Shown piece after piece: positions 9,030-20,483 of a stretch of DNA of 64,000 nt. The stretch is taken from the NCBI GenBank assembly GCA_963662315.1, contig OY759353.1:2592001-2656000 (forward strand), given 5' to 3'. Source of the stretch: Geopsychrobacteraceae bacterium. Lineage in GTDB: Bacteria; Desulfobacterota; Desulfuromonadia; Desulfuromonadales; Geopsychrobacteraceae. Under the pieces are notes generated by a model that saw only the letters and a program-made list of their open reading frames with translations, did not search any database and was not told where the DNA came from. Position 1 is the stretch's first letter, and each line of letters begins with the position of its first letter. The translations under genes were made by a program, and so were the position numbers.

Positions 9030-9521
9030 TTAAGGAGATATCTCATCCTTTGCCAGCGCATCCCAGTCTAGCGCCTTGATTTTATCTAAAACCCTTGGCT
9101 CAATTGGCATGGCAAACTTTTCCTGCCTCCATTCCATAGTCAGCCCCGAAGTCCAAATATCCTCACCGGGATTCGCTGTCGGTTTCGATTCGAAGTGCGC
9201 CCGACATGATACAGGGGCCTCAGAGCAAAAGGGGTATTCACTCTTGGCAAGGCGTGGATTTCTTTTTAAGAATTGTTCTTTTTGTTTGTCAGAAATGGGA
9301 AGAGGAATCGGCGCACGATCAACTAAAAGATACCGCTCACCATTGGACTCAAGGAGCCATGGCTCCTCTGGTGGAATACCCCGGAAAGTTGGCAAGCCTT
9401 CTATCTGATTACCGTAGGTGCGGCCCTGCTGAAGCCATGTCATGTAAATGATGCGCCCGGAGTTAAGCTCTATACGCTCCATCTCATAGAAATATTCATT
9501 GAGGTCTTTAATTTGGCTCAT
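9030..9521 (-). CDS. Hypothetical protein
   Basis: GGAGG RBS before ATG 9521; 163-aa open frame. Confidence 0.7.
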   Translation of the reverse strand: MSQIKDLNEYFYEMERIELNSGRIIYMTWLQQGRTYGNQIEGLPTFRGIPPEEPWLLESNGERYLLVDRAPIPLPISDKQKEQFLKRNPRLAKSEYPFCSEAPVSCRAHFESKPTANPGEDIWTSGLTMEWRQEKFAMPIEPRVLDKIKALDWDALAKDEISP

Positions 9522-9651
9522 GTGGTTCCTCCATGTAGATGCCCTATAGCAAAACATTACAAGCGTTACAGTGTAGCAATAATATCAAACAAATATCTGA
9601 ATAATAGAAAATCAATAGCATTATATGTGTGAAATACAGCGAGATCGGTAA

Positions 9652-9975
9652 TTTGGTAAATTCAAACAGCCTACTCAGGGCCATCTTGTCACAACAAGTT
9701 TGGCAATCGCTGAAGGGACCGGGAATCAGCATAAGGCAGTTATTCAACTGGTACGGACATATCAGGAGGACCTTGAGGCGTTTGGCCCACTCACATTTGA
9801 AATGGCGAAGGGCCAACCTCTTAACCAAGGAGGTTTTGCAAAGTCTACCGAATACGCCCTGCTCAATGAACGACAGGCAACGCTGATCATGAGCTATATG
9901 CGGAATACGGAAGTTATCCGCAAGTTCAAAATAAAACTGGTCAAAACGTTCTTTGTCAGTTTGGTTCTCATGTAG
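9652..9975 (+). pseudogene. Rha-family phage regulatory protein remnant
   Basis: LVTTSLAIAEGTGNQHKAVIQLVRTY...TEYALLNERQATLIMSYMRNT.....FKIKLVK. Homology begins before any good start codon; in-frame TAA at 9649. Confidence 0.7.
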
Positions 9976-10332
9976 GTTTCATTGTATGTCCTTAAGGGTT
10001 GTTGATCAGCTTAACGACAGGTGGGCAGAACCCAGAAAAATGAGTTTCAAAAAATCGGCATAGTCAAAAAAATAGGGGAGGTACTTTTTCAGGCGGTGAA
10101 AAAATGAGTTCTGAAAATCGGGGAAATCATACCGGGCGACTGGGTCCCAATATAGGGAAACGGGAATGCGTTTTAGAGGGGTATAGGTACTCCCCCGAGG
10201 GGGGGCTACCTAGTCCATGGCGTGGAGTGCTACTGGCAAAGGTCCTCAAAACCTTTATTTTGTCGCACGATAAAAAAGAACAAGTTAAGGCATAAATGAA
10301 AAGAACAAGCTTCCCCACTACAAGCAAAAAAA

Positions 10333-10352
10333 TGGGGACAGAGTGGGGACAA
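10333..10352 (+). repeat. Putative integrase arm-type binding sites (right)
   Basis: Identical to 3725-3744. Confidence 0.7.
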
Positions 10353-10370
10353 CTTATTCAGACACAAAAA

Positions 10371-10401
10371 AAGCACCCGGCCAAAAACTGGCTAAGTGCT
10401 T
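10371..10401 (-). terminator. Element-borne hairpin downstream of the intact tRNA-Arg
   Basis: AAGCAC..GCCA....TGGC..GTGCTT stem followed by T run on minus strand. Confidence 0.55.
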
Positions 10402-10403
10402 GA

Positions 10404-10487
<84 letters not shown>

Positions 10488-10601
10488 ACGAAGAGCAGTG
10501 TTATCGCTCATATCCGAAACGTTGTCAATACTTTTATTTCGAAAATCAGCATTCTGCTTTTTTACTTTTGAATCCCCTACAGAGAAGACTCTTTTAATAA
10601 C

Positions 10602-10689
10602 TGGCGGAGAGGCGGGGATTCGAACCCCGGGTAGCATACACTACACTCGCTTAGCAGGCGAGCACCATCGGCCTCTCGGTCACCTCTCC
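10602..10689 (-). tRNA. tRNA-Ser(GCT)
   Basis: GGAGAGG acceptor, CTCGCCT-GCT-AAGCGAG anticodon arm, variable arm, GGTTCGAATCC, CCA end. Confidence 0.95.
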
Positions 10690-10714
10690 GCAAACTTGTT
10701 ATTCTTTTTTTAGA

Positions 10715-10800
10715 TGGCGGAAGAGGTAGGATTCGAACCCACGGAACTTTCGTTCAACGGTTTTCAAGACCGCCGCCTTAAACCACTCGGCCACTCTTCC
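10715..10800 (-). tRNA. tRNA-Ser(TGA)
   Basis: GGAAGAG acceptor, GCGGTCT-TGA-AAACCGT anticodon arm, GGTTCGAATCC, CCA end. Confidence 0.95.
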
Positions 10801-10904
10801 GCATCGGCAAAGTAGATCTTACCGAAAAAGCTTGGGGAATGTAACGAAAAATTTCCTAAAATGCAACCCCTAAGAATAAGTTTTTCGGTACCACCCAAAG
10901 TTTT

Positions 10905-12176
10905 TTACTTGGTGATTTTCTCTATTCCACCCATATACGGTCTGAGAACTTCCGGTACGATGACAGAGCCATCTTCCTGCTGATAATTTTCCAGAACCGC
11001 CAATAACGTCCGGCCTACAGCAAGGCCAGAACCGTTCAAAGTATGGACCAACTCTGCTTTTTTGGCTCCTTCACGGCGAAAGCGAATGGCAGCACGCCGG
11101 GCCTGGAAGTCACGGAAATTGGAGCAGGAAGAAATCTCACGGTAACAGGATTGTCCGGGCAACCAGACTTCCAGGTCAAAGGTACGCGCGGCGGAAAAGC
11201 CGATATCTCCGGTACACAGGTCAACAACCCGATACGGCAATTTCAGCAGCTGCAGGACTTTCTCAGCATTGTTGAGCAGTTTTTCCAGCTCAGCATCAGA
11301 GTCTTCAGGGCGCACAAACTTGACCAGTTCAACCTTGTTAAATTGGTGCTGACGGATCAGGCCACGGGTATCACGGCCATGCGACCCGGCTTCTTTGCGG
11401 AAACACGGCGTATAAGCTGTGTATTGAAGAGGCAGATCCTGCTCCTGCAGAATTTCATCACGATGAATATTGGTCACCGGAACTTCTGCTGTCGGGATCA
11501 GAAACAGATCTACATCTTCCGTGTGGAACAGGTCACTTTCAAACTTCGGCAACTGCCCGGTACCGGTCATGGTCGCACGATTGACCAGAAACGGTGGCAA
11601 AGTTTCCGTATAGCCATGTTCGGTGGTATGCAGGTCAAGCATAAAGTTGATCAGAGCACGCTCAAGACGAGCACCGGCCCCGAGGTACAAAGCAAAACGG
11701 GCACCGGAAAGCTTGCTGGCCCGTTCAAAATCGAGAATCCCCAGGCTTTCACCAATATCCCAGTGCGCTTTTGGCTCAAAGGCAAATTCAGGCTTTTCAC
11801 CCCAGGTCCGAACCTCGACATTATCATCTTCCGACTTGCCGACCGGAGACAGCTCATGAGGGATGTTCGGAACCCCCATCAACAGAGCATTGAGTTCTTC
11901 TTCAACATTGCCCAGCTCATCATCCAGTTCTTTGATACGCGCCGAAACAGTCTTCATCTCGGCAATCTCGGTCTGCACCTGGCTCTTATCCTTGGTTTTA
12001 CCGATTAAAGCCGAAACCCGGTTCTTTTCCGCTTTCAGAGTTTCAGATTCTGACAGCAGATCACGCCGCCGCTGATCGAGCGTGATAAAACCGGACAGAT
12101 CAACCGAACCGCTCCGGTTGGACAAAGCCTGCTGGGCAGCCGCAAAATTTTCCCGTAAATATCTGATATCGAGCAT
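10905..12176 (-). CDS. serS: Seryl-tRNA synthetase
   Basis: MLDIR start, [40 protein letters not shown]. Confidence 0.98.
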   Translation of the reverse strand: MLDIRYLRENFAAAQQALSNRSGSVDLSGFITLDQRRRDLLSESETLKAEKNRVSALIGKTKDKSQVQTEIAEMKTVSARIKELDDELGNVEEELNALLMGVPNIPHELSPVGKSEDDNVEVRTWGEKPEFAFEPKAHWDIGESLGILDFERASKLSGARFALYLGAGARLERALINFMLDLHTTEHGYTETLPPFLVNRATMTGTGQLPKFESDLFHTEDVDLFLIPTAEVPVTNIHRDEILQEQDLPLQYTAYTPCFRKEAGSHGRDTRGLIRQHQFNKVELVKFVRPEDSDAELEKLLNNAEKVLQLLKLPYRVVDLCTGDIGFSAARTFDLEVWLPGQSCYREISSCSNFRDFQARRAAIRFRREGAKKAELVHTLNGSGLAVGRTLLAVLENYQQEDGSVIVPEVLRPYMGGIEKITK

Positions 12177-12307
12177 GATTTATTCCTCCATGCGATTAAA
12201 TAATCAATGAACAGAAGTTGATAACACTTCTCCCCCCCAAGGGTCAAGGATTGCGGCGGTTATTTGCGGGATTAAGGGGGGGAAGAAAGATTCTGCCTAC
12301 CTGAAAT

Positions 12308-12341
12308 CCCCCTCACCCTGCCCCTCTCCCCCAGGAGAGGG
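12308..12341. repeat. REP-like element CCCCCTCACCC...CCTCTCCCCCAGGAGAGGG
   Basis: Related to the inverted doublet at 55256-55359. Confidence 0.65.
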
Positions 12342-12508
12342 AATTTTCAACTTGCCATGAGGATTCAAGGAGTGAATGATATGCGTCGCCTCTGCTACGG
12401 GAGATAGATTTACCCCAGATACGAGGCACCGTGCAGTTTTTAACCGCAGGTGTGGCAGCGCCACTCCGAGGATTAAAAACAAGCGGGAACGAAGGAGATG
12501 GGGTGAAG

Positions 12509-13087
12509 CTATTTCCCGCTGCTCCCATTGACCCACCATTCGCGATCATCATCAAACCACCACTTCGACGAATCGGTCTCCCAGATTTCCTTGGCCAGCG
12601 CCTTGGCAACATCGGTTTTCAGGCGCTCCTGGGAAAAAGGGAACCACTCGTCAGCATAACGGTTGCCCAGATCTTTGCGCTCTTTCAATGACAGAATCAT
12701 TTCCAGTTGATCTGCATCATGGGCCAACAAAGCCTCATGACTTTCTTTGGCGATATATTCAAGGGTTGTTTGCCGGTAATCATCACCAAACGGCAGCTGA
12801 CTGGCAAGATCCTCGATGGCCTTTTCCTCGTCGACCGTAACATACTTTTTATTCACATAGTTCATGTCACCGGTCCGCGCCTCCGGGATATCGTGAAACA
12901 GGCACAGCTGCAGGACCTTCGCAACATCAGCATGACCGTCAAGCTGGGCCAAGGTATAACCGATCATAGCGGTCCGAAAGCTGTGTTCTGCAACCGATTG
13001 AGCTCCTGAGCCAAGAAATTGAAACCCGGTGCGGGGTGTACGCTTAAGCATACCGACTTCAAACAAAAAATTTGCAATGTTCTTCAT
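12509..13087 (-). CDS. HD-domain phosphohydrolase (YfbR-like)
   Basis: RTG...SVAEHSFR...FHDIPEARTGD...DADQLE. Confidence 0.9.
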   Translation of the reverse strand: MKNIANFLFEVGMLKRTPRTGFQFLGSGAQSVAEHSFRTAMIGYTLAQLDGHADVAKVLQLCLFHDIPEARTGDMNYVNKKYVTVDEEKAIEDLASQLPFGDDYRQTTLEYIAKESHEALLAHDADQLEMILSLKERKDLGNRYADEWFPFSQERLKTDVAKALAKEIWETDSSKWWFDDDREWWVNGSSGK

Positions 13088-13282
13088 TCCATAATCTCCA
13101 CCAAAAGTGATCGCCAGAGCCCAGCATAACCCGTCATTTTAGCCTTTTCAACCGACCAATTGACATTATTCCATCCCGACATTGGCAGCAGATCATCCGC
13201 GCCCCTCCCATACCCGTGCTGATTATGGTTATAATGGTAAGAAACTATCCAGGTTTATTTCACATAGAAAGGACCAGATATT

Positions 13283-14671
13283 ATGTCTGTATTTCGCATC
13301 GAACAGGATTCTCTCGGTGAGATGAAAGTCCCTGACAATGCTCTTTATGGCGCCCAGACGGCACGGGCGATAGATAACTTCCCTGTCTCAGGCTTAACCT
13401 TGCCGCGTCCGCTATTACGTGCCCTCGGTTTGCTCAAAAAGCATGCCGCCCGCAGCAATGCCGATCTGGGCTTGCTCGATTCAAAAGTGGCTACAGCCAT
13501 CATCCAGGCAGCAGCGGAAGTTGCCCAGGGGGAGCATGACCAGCATTTTCCTGTCGATATTTTTCAGACCGGATCAGGTACCAGCAGCAACATGAACACC
13601 AACGAGGTCATTGCCAACCGCGCTGCCCAGATCCTTGGCCAGGAAATCGGCAACAAAGCAGTTCACCCCAATGACCACGTCAACATGGGGCAATCAAGCA
13701 ACGATGTATTTCCCAGCGCCATCCATATTGCCTGCGCCGAACAGATTTACCAGACCCTGCTCCCGGCACTGGCCGAACTGCATCAGACCCTTATGGCAAA
13801 AGCTGATGAGTTTAAAGATGTGTTGAAGATAGGTCGAACCCATTTGCAGGATGCCACCCCGGTTAAAGTTGGCCAGGTGTTTTCCGGCTATGCCCGCCAG
13901 ATTGAACTGGCCCATGAGCGGGTCGAAATGGCGACCAAAGGCCTGTTTGAACTCCCCCTTGGCGGCACCGCCATTGGCACCGGAATCAACACCCATCCGC
14001 AATTTGCCGCTCTAACGATCGCAGCCATTGCCAAGGAGACAACAATCCCCTTCGTGGAAGCAGAGAATCACTTTGAGGCTCAGGGTGCCAAGGATGCCCT
14101 GGTGCAGGTCAGTGGCAGCATGAAAAGCTGTGCCGTCAGCCTGTTCAAGATCGCCAATGATATCCGTTTCCTCTCTAGCGGCCCGCGCTGCGGCATCGGC
14201 GAACTGATTCTCCCTGCAGTACAACCGGGTAGCTCCATCATGCCCGGCAAGATCAACCCGGTTATGGCTGAATCGCTCATGCAGGTCTGCGCCCAGGTTA
14301 TCGGTAACGATGCAACAGTTTCCCTTTCCGGGTTATCCGGCAACTTTGAACTCAATGTCATGATGCCGGTCATTGCGTATAACACCCTGCAGAGTATTGA
14401 ACTATTGTGTCGCGGTGTGAAAGCCTTTACTGAAAAATGTCTCCATGGTCTGGAAGCGGATGAACAGCGCTGCGAAGATCTGCTTGAGCAAAGCCTCGCC
14501 CTGGTCACAGCCCTGGTACCTGAGATCGGTTATGACCATGCTGCAGCCCTGGCAAAGGAGGCACACAAAACGGGCAAGACATTGCGCGAACTAGCGTTGC
14601 GTGACGGGATAGATGCAGAGGTGCTGGACAAGCTGCTCGATCCGGCAGCGATGACACATCCCTTGGGATAA
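13283..14671 (+). CDS. fumC: Class II fumarate hydratase
   Basis: QTGSGTSSNMN, HPNDHVNMGQSSND, GRTHLQDATP, GSSIMPGKINP. Confidence 0.95.
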   Translation: MSVFRIEQDSLGEMKVPDNALYGAQTARAIDNFPVSGLTLPRPLLRALGLLKKHAARSNADLGLLDSKVATAIIQAAAEVAQGEHDQHFPVDIFQTGSGTSSNMNTNEVIANRAAQILGQEIGNKAVHPNDHVNMGQSSNDVFPSAIHIACAEQIYQTLLPALAELHQTLMAKADEFKDVLKIGRTHLQDATPVKVGQVFSGYARQIELAHERVEMATKGLFELPLGGTAIGTGINTHPQFAALTIAAIAKETTIPFVEAENHFEAQGAKDALVQVSGSMKSCAVSLFKIANDIRFLSSGPRCGIGELILPAVQPGSSIMPGKINPVMAESLMQVCAQVIGNDATVSLSGLSGNFELNVMMPVIAYNTLQSIELLCRGVKAFTEKCLHGLEADEQRCEDLLEQSLALVTALVPEIGYDHAAALAKEAHKTGKTLRELALRDGIDAEVLDKLLDPAAMTHPLG

Positions 14672-14675
14672 ATGA

Positions 14676-14708
14676 AAAGAGCTCCCCGAAGGTACTTTCG
14701 GGGAGCTC
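14676..14708. terminator. Terminator hairpin after fumC
   Basis: GAGCTCCCCGAA-GGTACT-TTCGGGGAGCTC. Confidence 0.75.
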
Positions 14709-14837
14709 GAATTTAAAACAGCAAGATGCCACACGAGAAGCGCCACCGCCCCCTACCGACACTTGCCCGTTAGGTGCGCAGCACCGAGGTCTTGATTTTA
14801 AGCTTTGATTTTACAAGAAACAGACAAAAGAAGGATC

Positions 14838-15012
14838 GCAGGGTCTCGCCCCTGCAGGCGACTGACTTTTTGTCACAATCAAGCCACAAAAAGTCAGCAA
14901 AAAAGGCCCTCTTAAATATGTCCATACTCGGGCGTCGTTCCTCCAATGAATCAACCAGCAACTGACTGGCCGGCCAGACGGCCACAACCTCGCCTGATTG
15001 GCCAGAACCGCA
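14838..15012. repeat. Multi-hairpin intergenic element, copy A (MITE-like or structured RNA)
   Basis: Same hairpin architecture and linker motifs as 21138-21308. Confidence 0.65.
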
Positions 15013-15079
15013 CATGCCTTCGGCATGAATAAAATTAAAACAAACACGAACTCTTAAAACCGATAAGATTTGCAGGTGG

Positions 15080-16201
15080 TCAATTAACCACCTGCAGAAT
15101 AGCTTCCCCAAACTCCTTGGCCTGCCAGTTCTTCAATAGCGCCGTCGCTTTCAGCTCATCGATATTGCGCGGTTGTCGTTTAGCGATTTCTTCCAGAGTC
15201 GCATTATTAATCAGCACACCGGGATCCAGTTCAAGCTTGGCTGCAACTTTCCTGCGCCAGTCTTTCAGATGCCCAAAGCGTTTTTCCGCTTCAGGGTCTT
15301 TCTGCGGCCGTGGTTTGCGTGGATACCTGGGCAACTGGTCAGCGGGAACGGCAAGGCCCTCGGCAACTGCGGCCAGCAACTTCCCGCTATAGCGCTGGGC
15401 CAAACGCAAAGGCATGCCCTCAATCCCCTCCAACTCGTTACGACCGGTGGGCATCTCCCGCGCGATATCCAGCAACTGCTTATTACCAACAACTTTATAT
15501 ACGGGGCAATCACGCCGCTGCGCTTCGCCATCGCGCCACTGCAGCAGGCTTTCCAGAACCGCAAGTTGTCGCGGCTGTAAGTTCCCAGCACCTTTGAAGC
15601 GCAGGTATTCGGGACCTTCATGCACGGTAAAGCGCGCCTTTTCAAGGATTTCAAATTCTTCCTGAACCCATGCTAAACGCCCTTTGTCACGTAACTGTCC
15701 TTCAAGAATATCCGCCAATTCCTGCAGGTAACGTGTATCCCCTGCCGCATAGCTGACCATTTCATCGCTAAGCGGCCTGATGGTCCAGTCTGCCCGTTGA
15801 TATTTTTTATCCAATTCAAGATTGAAATACTTGCGCAACATATCGGCCAGACCGAAACGTTCTTCACCGACAAACTGGCTCGAAATCATGGTATCGAACA
15901 AACCATTGATCTCAATGTCAAAATCACGCGCCAGGCAGCGAACGTCATAATCCGCCGCATGAAACAGTTTACGCACCGATCCATCGGCTAGAACCGGTTT
16001 AAGAGCTGACAGATCCGCACCATCAAGAGGATCAATAAGAACCGTTTTTTCTGCAGTGGTAAATTGCAGCAGACAGACCTGCTCATGATAGTGATGCATG
16101 GAATCGGCTTCCAGATCGACAGCGATGACCGGAAACTTTTCCAGGTGGGTGGCAAATTCGTTTATTTCTTCGGTTGTGGTCAGAATTGGTGGTAAAGACA
16201 T
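15080..16201 (-). CDS. rnd: Ribonuclease D (3'-5' exonuclease plus HRDC domains)
   Basis: AVDLEAD, FHAADYD, FDTMI, DWTIRPL, YAAGD. Confidence 0.9.
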   Translation of the reverse strand: MSLPPILTTTEEINEFATHLEKFPVIAVDLEADSMHHYHEQVCLLQFTTAEKTVLIDPLDGADLSALKPVLADGSVRKLFHAADYDVRCLARDFDIEINGLFDTMISSQFVGEERFGLADMLRKYFNLELDKKYQRADWTIRPLSDEMVSYAAGDTRYLQELADILEGQLRDKGRLAWVQEEFEILEKARFTVHEGPEYLRFKGAGNLQPRQLAVLESLLQWRDGEAQRRDCPVYKVVGNKQLLDIAREMPTGRNELEGIEGMPLRLAQRYSGKLLAAVAEGLAVPADQLPRYPRKPRPQKDPEAEKRFGHLKDWRRKVAAKLELDPGVLINNATLEEIAKRQPRNIDELKATALLKNWQAKEFGEAILQVVN

Positions 16202-17275
16202 TCATTCTCCGTTTAATAAAATTTCCAAAACTTTTTTATGGGCTCCGTGTAAAGCAAGCTCCTGAAGTTCTTGCCGGGACAACCAGGAACCTTGCCCCTC
16301 ATTCACGCTAAGACTTTCCGTTTGCAGATGGTAAACCTGCGCCTCCAGACGGAAATGACTGTAAATATGACGAACCAGGCCAAGACAACGGGCCTCTTCC
16401 GCTACAGAGAAATCCTGCTTCAGCATAGCTACTTTGGCCTCAGGTGACTCACCATCAGCCAAGCCAAGGGCAGGAAACTCCCATAATCCCCCCAGAAAGC
16501 CCTCGGCGACTCGCCTTCTGGACAGAATCCTGCCATTGCGCTCAAGCAGCAGAACAACCTCGCGCCGCGTTGGCGTTTTTTGGGTCGGCTGTTTGACCGG
16601 CAACTCATTTTCAATACCCAACTTCTGCGCCTGACACAAGGAGGCAACCGGGCACTGATCACATTGGGGTCGACGTGGCGTACACAGGGTGGCCCCGAAA
16701 TCCATAATCGCCTGGGTATAATCATGAACCCGCCGCTCAGGGGTCAGTTTTTCAGCCCACAGCCACAGCTGTTTTTCAGCCCGGCTGGTTCGGGCCGGTT
16801 CCTGCCAGGCCAGCAAACGGCACAGGACCCGTCTGACATTACCATCAAGAATCGCCACCTGTTTGTCAAACGCCAGGGCGGCAATCGCGCCAGCTGTCGA
16901 ACGACCGACACCGGGCAAGCTTTGTAGCAGATGCGGATCCGACGGGAAAACCCCGCTATACTCCTCGACCACCTGCCGCGCGGCAGCATGAAGGTTACGC
17001 GCCCGTGAATAATAGCCAAGCCCGGCCCACAGGTCGATCACCGCTTCGAGGGGAGCCGCAGCCAAAGTGTCTACACTGGGAAAGCTTGCCAGAAAGCGCT
17101 GGTAGTAATCAATGACTGCTGCAACCGTCGTTTGCTGCAGCATAATCTCTGACAGCCAGATGCGATAGGGATCCCGACTGTGACGCCAGGGCAGATCGCG
17201 CCCCTGGCGATCATACCAGGCCAGCAGACGCTCACTGTAATCAGCAGGATCAAAAGGTAGTTCAGCCAATTTCAA
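16202..17275 (-). CDS. mutY: A/G-specific adenine glycosylase
   Basis: [28 protein letters not shown], CxxxxxxCxxCxxxxxC cluster. Confidence 0.97.
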   Translation of the reverse strand: MKLAELPFDPADYSERLLAWYDRQGRDLPWRHSRDPYRIWLSEIMLQQTTVAAVIDYYQRFLASFPSVDTLAAAPLEAVIDLWAGLGYYSRARNLHAAARQVVEEYSGVFPSDPHLLQSLPGVGRSTAGAIAALAFDKQVAILDGNVRRVLCRLLAWQEPARTSRAEKQLWLWAEKLTPERRVHDYTQAIMDFGATLCTPRRPQCDQCPVASLCQAQKLGIENELPVKQPTQKTPTRREVVLLLERNGRILSRRRVAEGFLGGLWEFPALGLADGESPEAKVAMLKQDFSVAEEARCLGLVRHIYSHFRLEAQVYHLQTESLSVNEGQGSWLSRQELQELALHGAHKKVLEILLNGE

Positions 17276-18311
17276 CCATGGCGGCTAATGTGGTTTCCAT
17301 CTCTTCGCGAGTCCCCATGGTAATCCGCATGCCATGCTGTAACAGCGGATCAGAAAAATAGCGCACCAGGATTTTCCGCTCGTACAAAGCGTCGTAAACA
17401 CGCTTGCCATTCCTGTCCTTAGGCTGGGCAAAAACAAAATTGGCGTGGGAAGGTTCAATTTTGTAACCGACTTTACGCAGTTCACCACAGAACCAGTCAC
17501 GGGTCTCCCGCACCTTGTTAATCGTCATGCGCAGGTAATCCTGATCCTTCAAAGCGGCCGTTGCGGCCACCAGGGCGAGGCGGTCAAGGTGATAGTGATC
17601 GCGGATCTTATCGAGGGCGGCAATCACCTCCGGGCGCGCGATGGCAAGCCCAAGACGCATACCTGCCAGCGCGTAGCTCTTGGAAAAGGTCCGGGTAACG
17701 ATAACATTTTCGTAATCACGAACGAGATCCATGGCGTTGACATCGGTAAAATCAACATAGGCCTCATCCACGACCAGAATACCGCTACAGCGTTCGGCAA
17801 GCTGGGCGATGTAACTGTTGTCAAACATGAAGCCCAGCGGTGCATTGGGACTGGTCAGGAAGAAAATTTTGCCATCATACTGCTCGGGAAAATCGGCCAG
17901 CTGACGATCCTCCGTCAGGCCGAAAGTTCTTATTGTGGCGCCCTGAATTTCTGCCAGGGTTGAATAGTAGGAATAGGAAGGGTTCACGTAGGCAACCTCT
18001 TCCCCCTCGCCAGCAAAGGCCCGAATCAGATTATTGAGCAGTTCATCGGAACCGTTCGCCATAATCACCCACGATGGATCAAAACCATACAGCTCTGCCG
18101 CCGCCTGACGTGCCTCTTTGCTTCCGGCATCCGGATATTTGCGCAGGTTTTCGCCTGCGTTGCCAATTTCAGCAAGGATCGCTTCGGCCACCTTGGGTGA
18201 TGGCGGATAAGGGTTTTCATTGGTATTGAGCTTTATCCAGCCTTTTCCTTCCGGCTGATACCCGGGCACATAGCCAGCCATTTCGGCAATATTTTTACGT
18301 AACGGTAGCAT
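17262..18311 (-). CDS. hisC: Histidinol-phosphate aminotransferase
   Basis: [38 protein letters not shown]. Confidence 0.93.
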   Translation of the reverse strand: MLPLRKNIAEMAGYVPGYQPEGKGWIKLNTNENPYPPSPKVAEAILAEIGNAGENLRKYPDAGSKEARQAAAELYGFDPSWVIMANGSDELLNNLIRAFAGEGEEVAYVNPSYSYYSTLAEIQGATIRTFGLTEDRQLADFPEQYDGKIFFLTSPNAPLGFMFDNSYIAQLAERCSGILVVDEAYVDFTDVNAMDLVRDYENVIVTRTFSKSYALAGMRLGLAIARPEVIAALDKIRDHYHLDRLALVAATAALKDQDYLRMTINKVRETRDWFCGELRKVGYKIEPSHANFVFAQPKDRNGKRVYDALYERKILVRYFSDPLLQHGMRITMGTREEMETTLAAMVEIG

Positions 18312-18313
18312 CT

Positions 18314-19381
18314 CTAATATTCCTTCAATATCTGATATTCAGTCGTACGCCGAGCGGGTATAAAGCCGGCTCCACGCACAAGATCAACTATATCCTCTTT
18401 TGACATCCGAAACGAACAGCCTGCAGCAGCAACAACGTTTTCTTCCAGCATCGTTCCGCCCAGATCATTGGCGCCAAAAAACAGTGCCACCTGGGCCATG
18501 CGCGCCCCTTGCGTCACCCAGCTCCCCTGAATATTATCGACATTATCCAGGATAATGCGTGACAGGGCGAGAACTCTCAGATATTCGACACCGCTGGCGG
18601 TTTCCCCGCCAAGCTCGGTATTATCCGGCTGAAAGGTCCAGGGGATAAACGCGGTAAAACCTCCGGTGCGCTGCTGAATTTCCCGAATGCGGAACAGGTG
18701 CTCGACGATATCTTCCGGCTTTTCACGGCTGCCGAACATCATGGTCGCGGTGGTTCGCATGCCAAGACGGTGGGCCTCTTCCATAACGGCTGCCCACTGG
18801 CGCCAACCAATCTTATTGGGAGAAATCTCCTGACGCACATCGTCAACCAGCACCTCGGCCCCACCACCCGGTACCGAAGCCAGACCGGCCGCCTGCAGAC
18901 GCTGCAGACATTCCGGCATGGTCAGACCGGAGAGCCTGGCAATATGGGTGACTTCAGCCGGTGACAGAGAGTGAATCTGGACCTGAGGAAAACGTTTGCG
19001 CAACTGACAGAACAACTCCTCAAACCAGTCGATCTTCAAAGTCGGATGCAGACCTCCCTGCATCAATAACTGGGTTCCGTCATGATCAACCAGTTCCTGG
19101 ACCTTGGCGTATATTTCGTCATAACTGAGGAGATAAGCGTCGCTGTCCTCGGCGTTGCGATAGAAAGCGCAAAACTTGCATTTTGATTCACAGACGTTGG
19201 AATAGTTGACGTTGCGATCGACAACAAAGGTCACCCGCTTATCCGGGTGTTTCTCCCGCCGGATGGTGTCAGCCACCCTTCCCAATGTGAGCAGGTCTAC
19301 CTCGGTTAACAGCTTCAAGCCATCTGCGCGGTCAAGCCCCTCTCTATTGGCCATTTTATTGCGAATTTCTGTCGCTAACAT
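18314..19381 (-). CDS. mqnC: Cyclic dehypoxanthinyl futalosine synthase
   Basis: [37 protein letters not shown]. Confidence 0.92.
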   Translation of the reverse strand: MLATEIRNKMANREGLDRADGLKLLTEVDLLTLGRVADTIRREKHPDKRVTFVVDRNVNYSNVCESKCKFCAFYRNAEDSDAYLLSYDEIYAKVQELVDHDGTQLLMQGGLHPTLKIDWFEELFCQLRKRFPQVQIHSLSPAEVTHIARLSGLTMPECLQRLQAAGLASVPGGGAEVLVDDVRQEISPNKIGWRQWAAVMEEAHRLGMRTTATMMFGSREKPEDIVEHLFRIREIQQRTGGFTAFIPWTFQPDNTELGGETASGVEYLRVLALSRIILDNVDNIQGSWVTQGARMAQVALFFGANDLGGTMLEENVVAAAGCSFRMSKEDIVDLVRGAGFIPARRTTEYQILKEY

Positions 19382-20460
19382 CAGTACACCTGCAGAGCAT
19401 TATATAACGTGTCGCGTTCAACCGGGGTTTTGCCCGCCTTGCGGATCAAAGCACAAATCCCCTGTCGAGCCAACGCCTGGGGGGAATCGGCCCCGGCATC
19501 ATGACCGATCTTTTCCTCAATAACGGTACCGTCAAGATCGTTCACACCAAAGCACAGGGCAGTCTGAGCAATTTTAAGACCAAGCATGACCCAATACGCT
19601 TTAACATGCTGGAAGTTGTCAAGATAAATACGACTGATAGCGAGAGTCTTCAAGGCATCGACCCCACCCACCCCTTTGGCACCCGGCACCCGGGTATTAT
19701 CCGGCTGAAAAGCGAGGGGGATAAAAGCCTGGAACCCACCAGTGCGATCCTGCAAGTCACGAATCTGACGCATGTGGTCAACCCGGTCAGCATAATTCTC
19801 CAGATGACCGAACAGCATGGTGGCATTACTGCGCAACCCACCCCGGTGGGCTGCTTCAGTGACTTCAAGCCAGCGTTCGCCGGAAATCTTTTCAGCACAG
19901 ATTTTATCGCGCACTTCTTTACCGAGAATTTCCGCCCCGCCACCCGGCATCGACCCTAACCCCGCATCCTTAAGAGCAGCAATCACTGCGCAGATATCCA
20001 GACCTGAAATCCGCGCAAAATAATCGATTTCAACAGCAGTAAACGCCTTGATATGCAGATCAGGAGCAACACCCTTGATCGCCTGCAGCATCTCCAGGTA
20101 AAACTCAAACGGCAAGGTCGGATGCAAGCCGCCAACGGAATGAATTTCCGTTGCCCCGGCGGCAACGGCCTCGCGCGTTTTGTCTTGGATCTGATCGAGA
20201 GCGAGGGTGTACCCCCCTTTAGCACCGTCTTCCTTGGCAAAAGCACAAAACTTACACTGATTGACACATAAGTTCGTATAGTTGATATGGCGATTCACGT
20301 TAAAGAAAACCCGGTCGCCGTTCTTGTGTTCATTAATGGCGGCAGCAAGTTCGCCGATCGCCAGTAAATCATGCGATTCAAACAACGCAAGGGCATCAGC
20401 TTCATTGATACGCTGGCCATTGGCGATCTTATCCTGGAGGGTGTCAAACACAGTCTTCAT
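19381..20460 (-). CDS. mqnE: Aminofutalosine synthase
   Basis: NRHINYTNLCVNQCKFCAF, HIKAFTAVEI, HVKAYWVMLG. Confidence 0.92.
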   Translation of the reverse strand: MKTVFDTLQDKIANGQRINEADALALFESHDLLAIGELAAAINEHKNGDRVFFNVNRHINYTNLCVNQCKFCAFAKEDGAKGGYTLALDQIQDKTREAVAAGATEIHSVGGLHPTLPFEFYLEMLQAIKGVAPDLHIKAFTAVEIDYFARISGLDICAVIAALKDAGLGSMPGGGAEILGKEVRDKICAEKISGERWLEVTEAAHRGGLRSNATMLFGHLENYADRVDHMRQIRDLQDRTGGFQAFIPLAFQPDNTRVPGAKGVGGVDALKTLAISRIYLDNFQHVKAYWVMLGLKIAQTALCFGVNDLDGTVIEEKIGHDAGADSPQALARQGICALIRKAGKTPVERDTLYNALQVY

Positions 20461-20483
20461 ACTTTCATATCCACGTGGTGACG

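Noticed and set aside
11043..12008. 321-aa plus-strand ORF, and similar long antisense ORFs (e.g. 33450-34130, 44028-44690, 46758-47423)
   Set aside because: Antisense shadows of well-supported genes with no recognisable motifs
14770..15111. Short ORFs between fumC and rnd
   Set aside because: They overlay the hairpin element and have no convincing RBS or protein-like motifs
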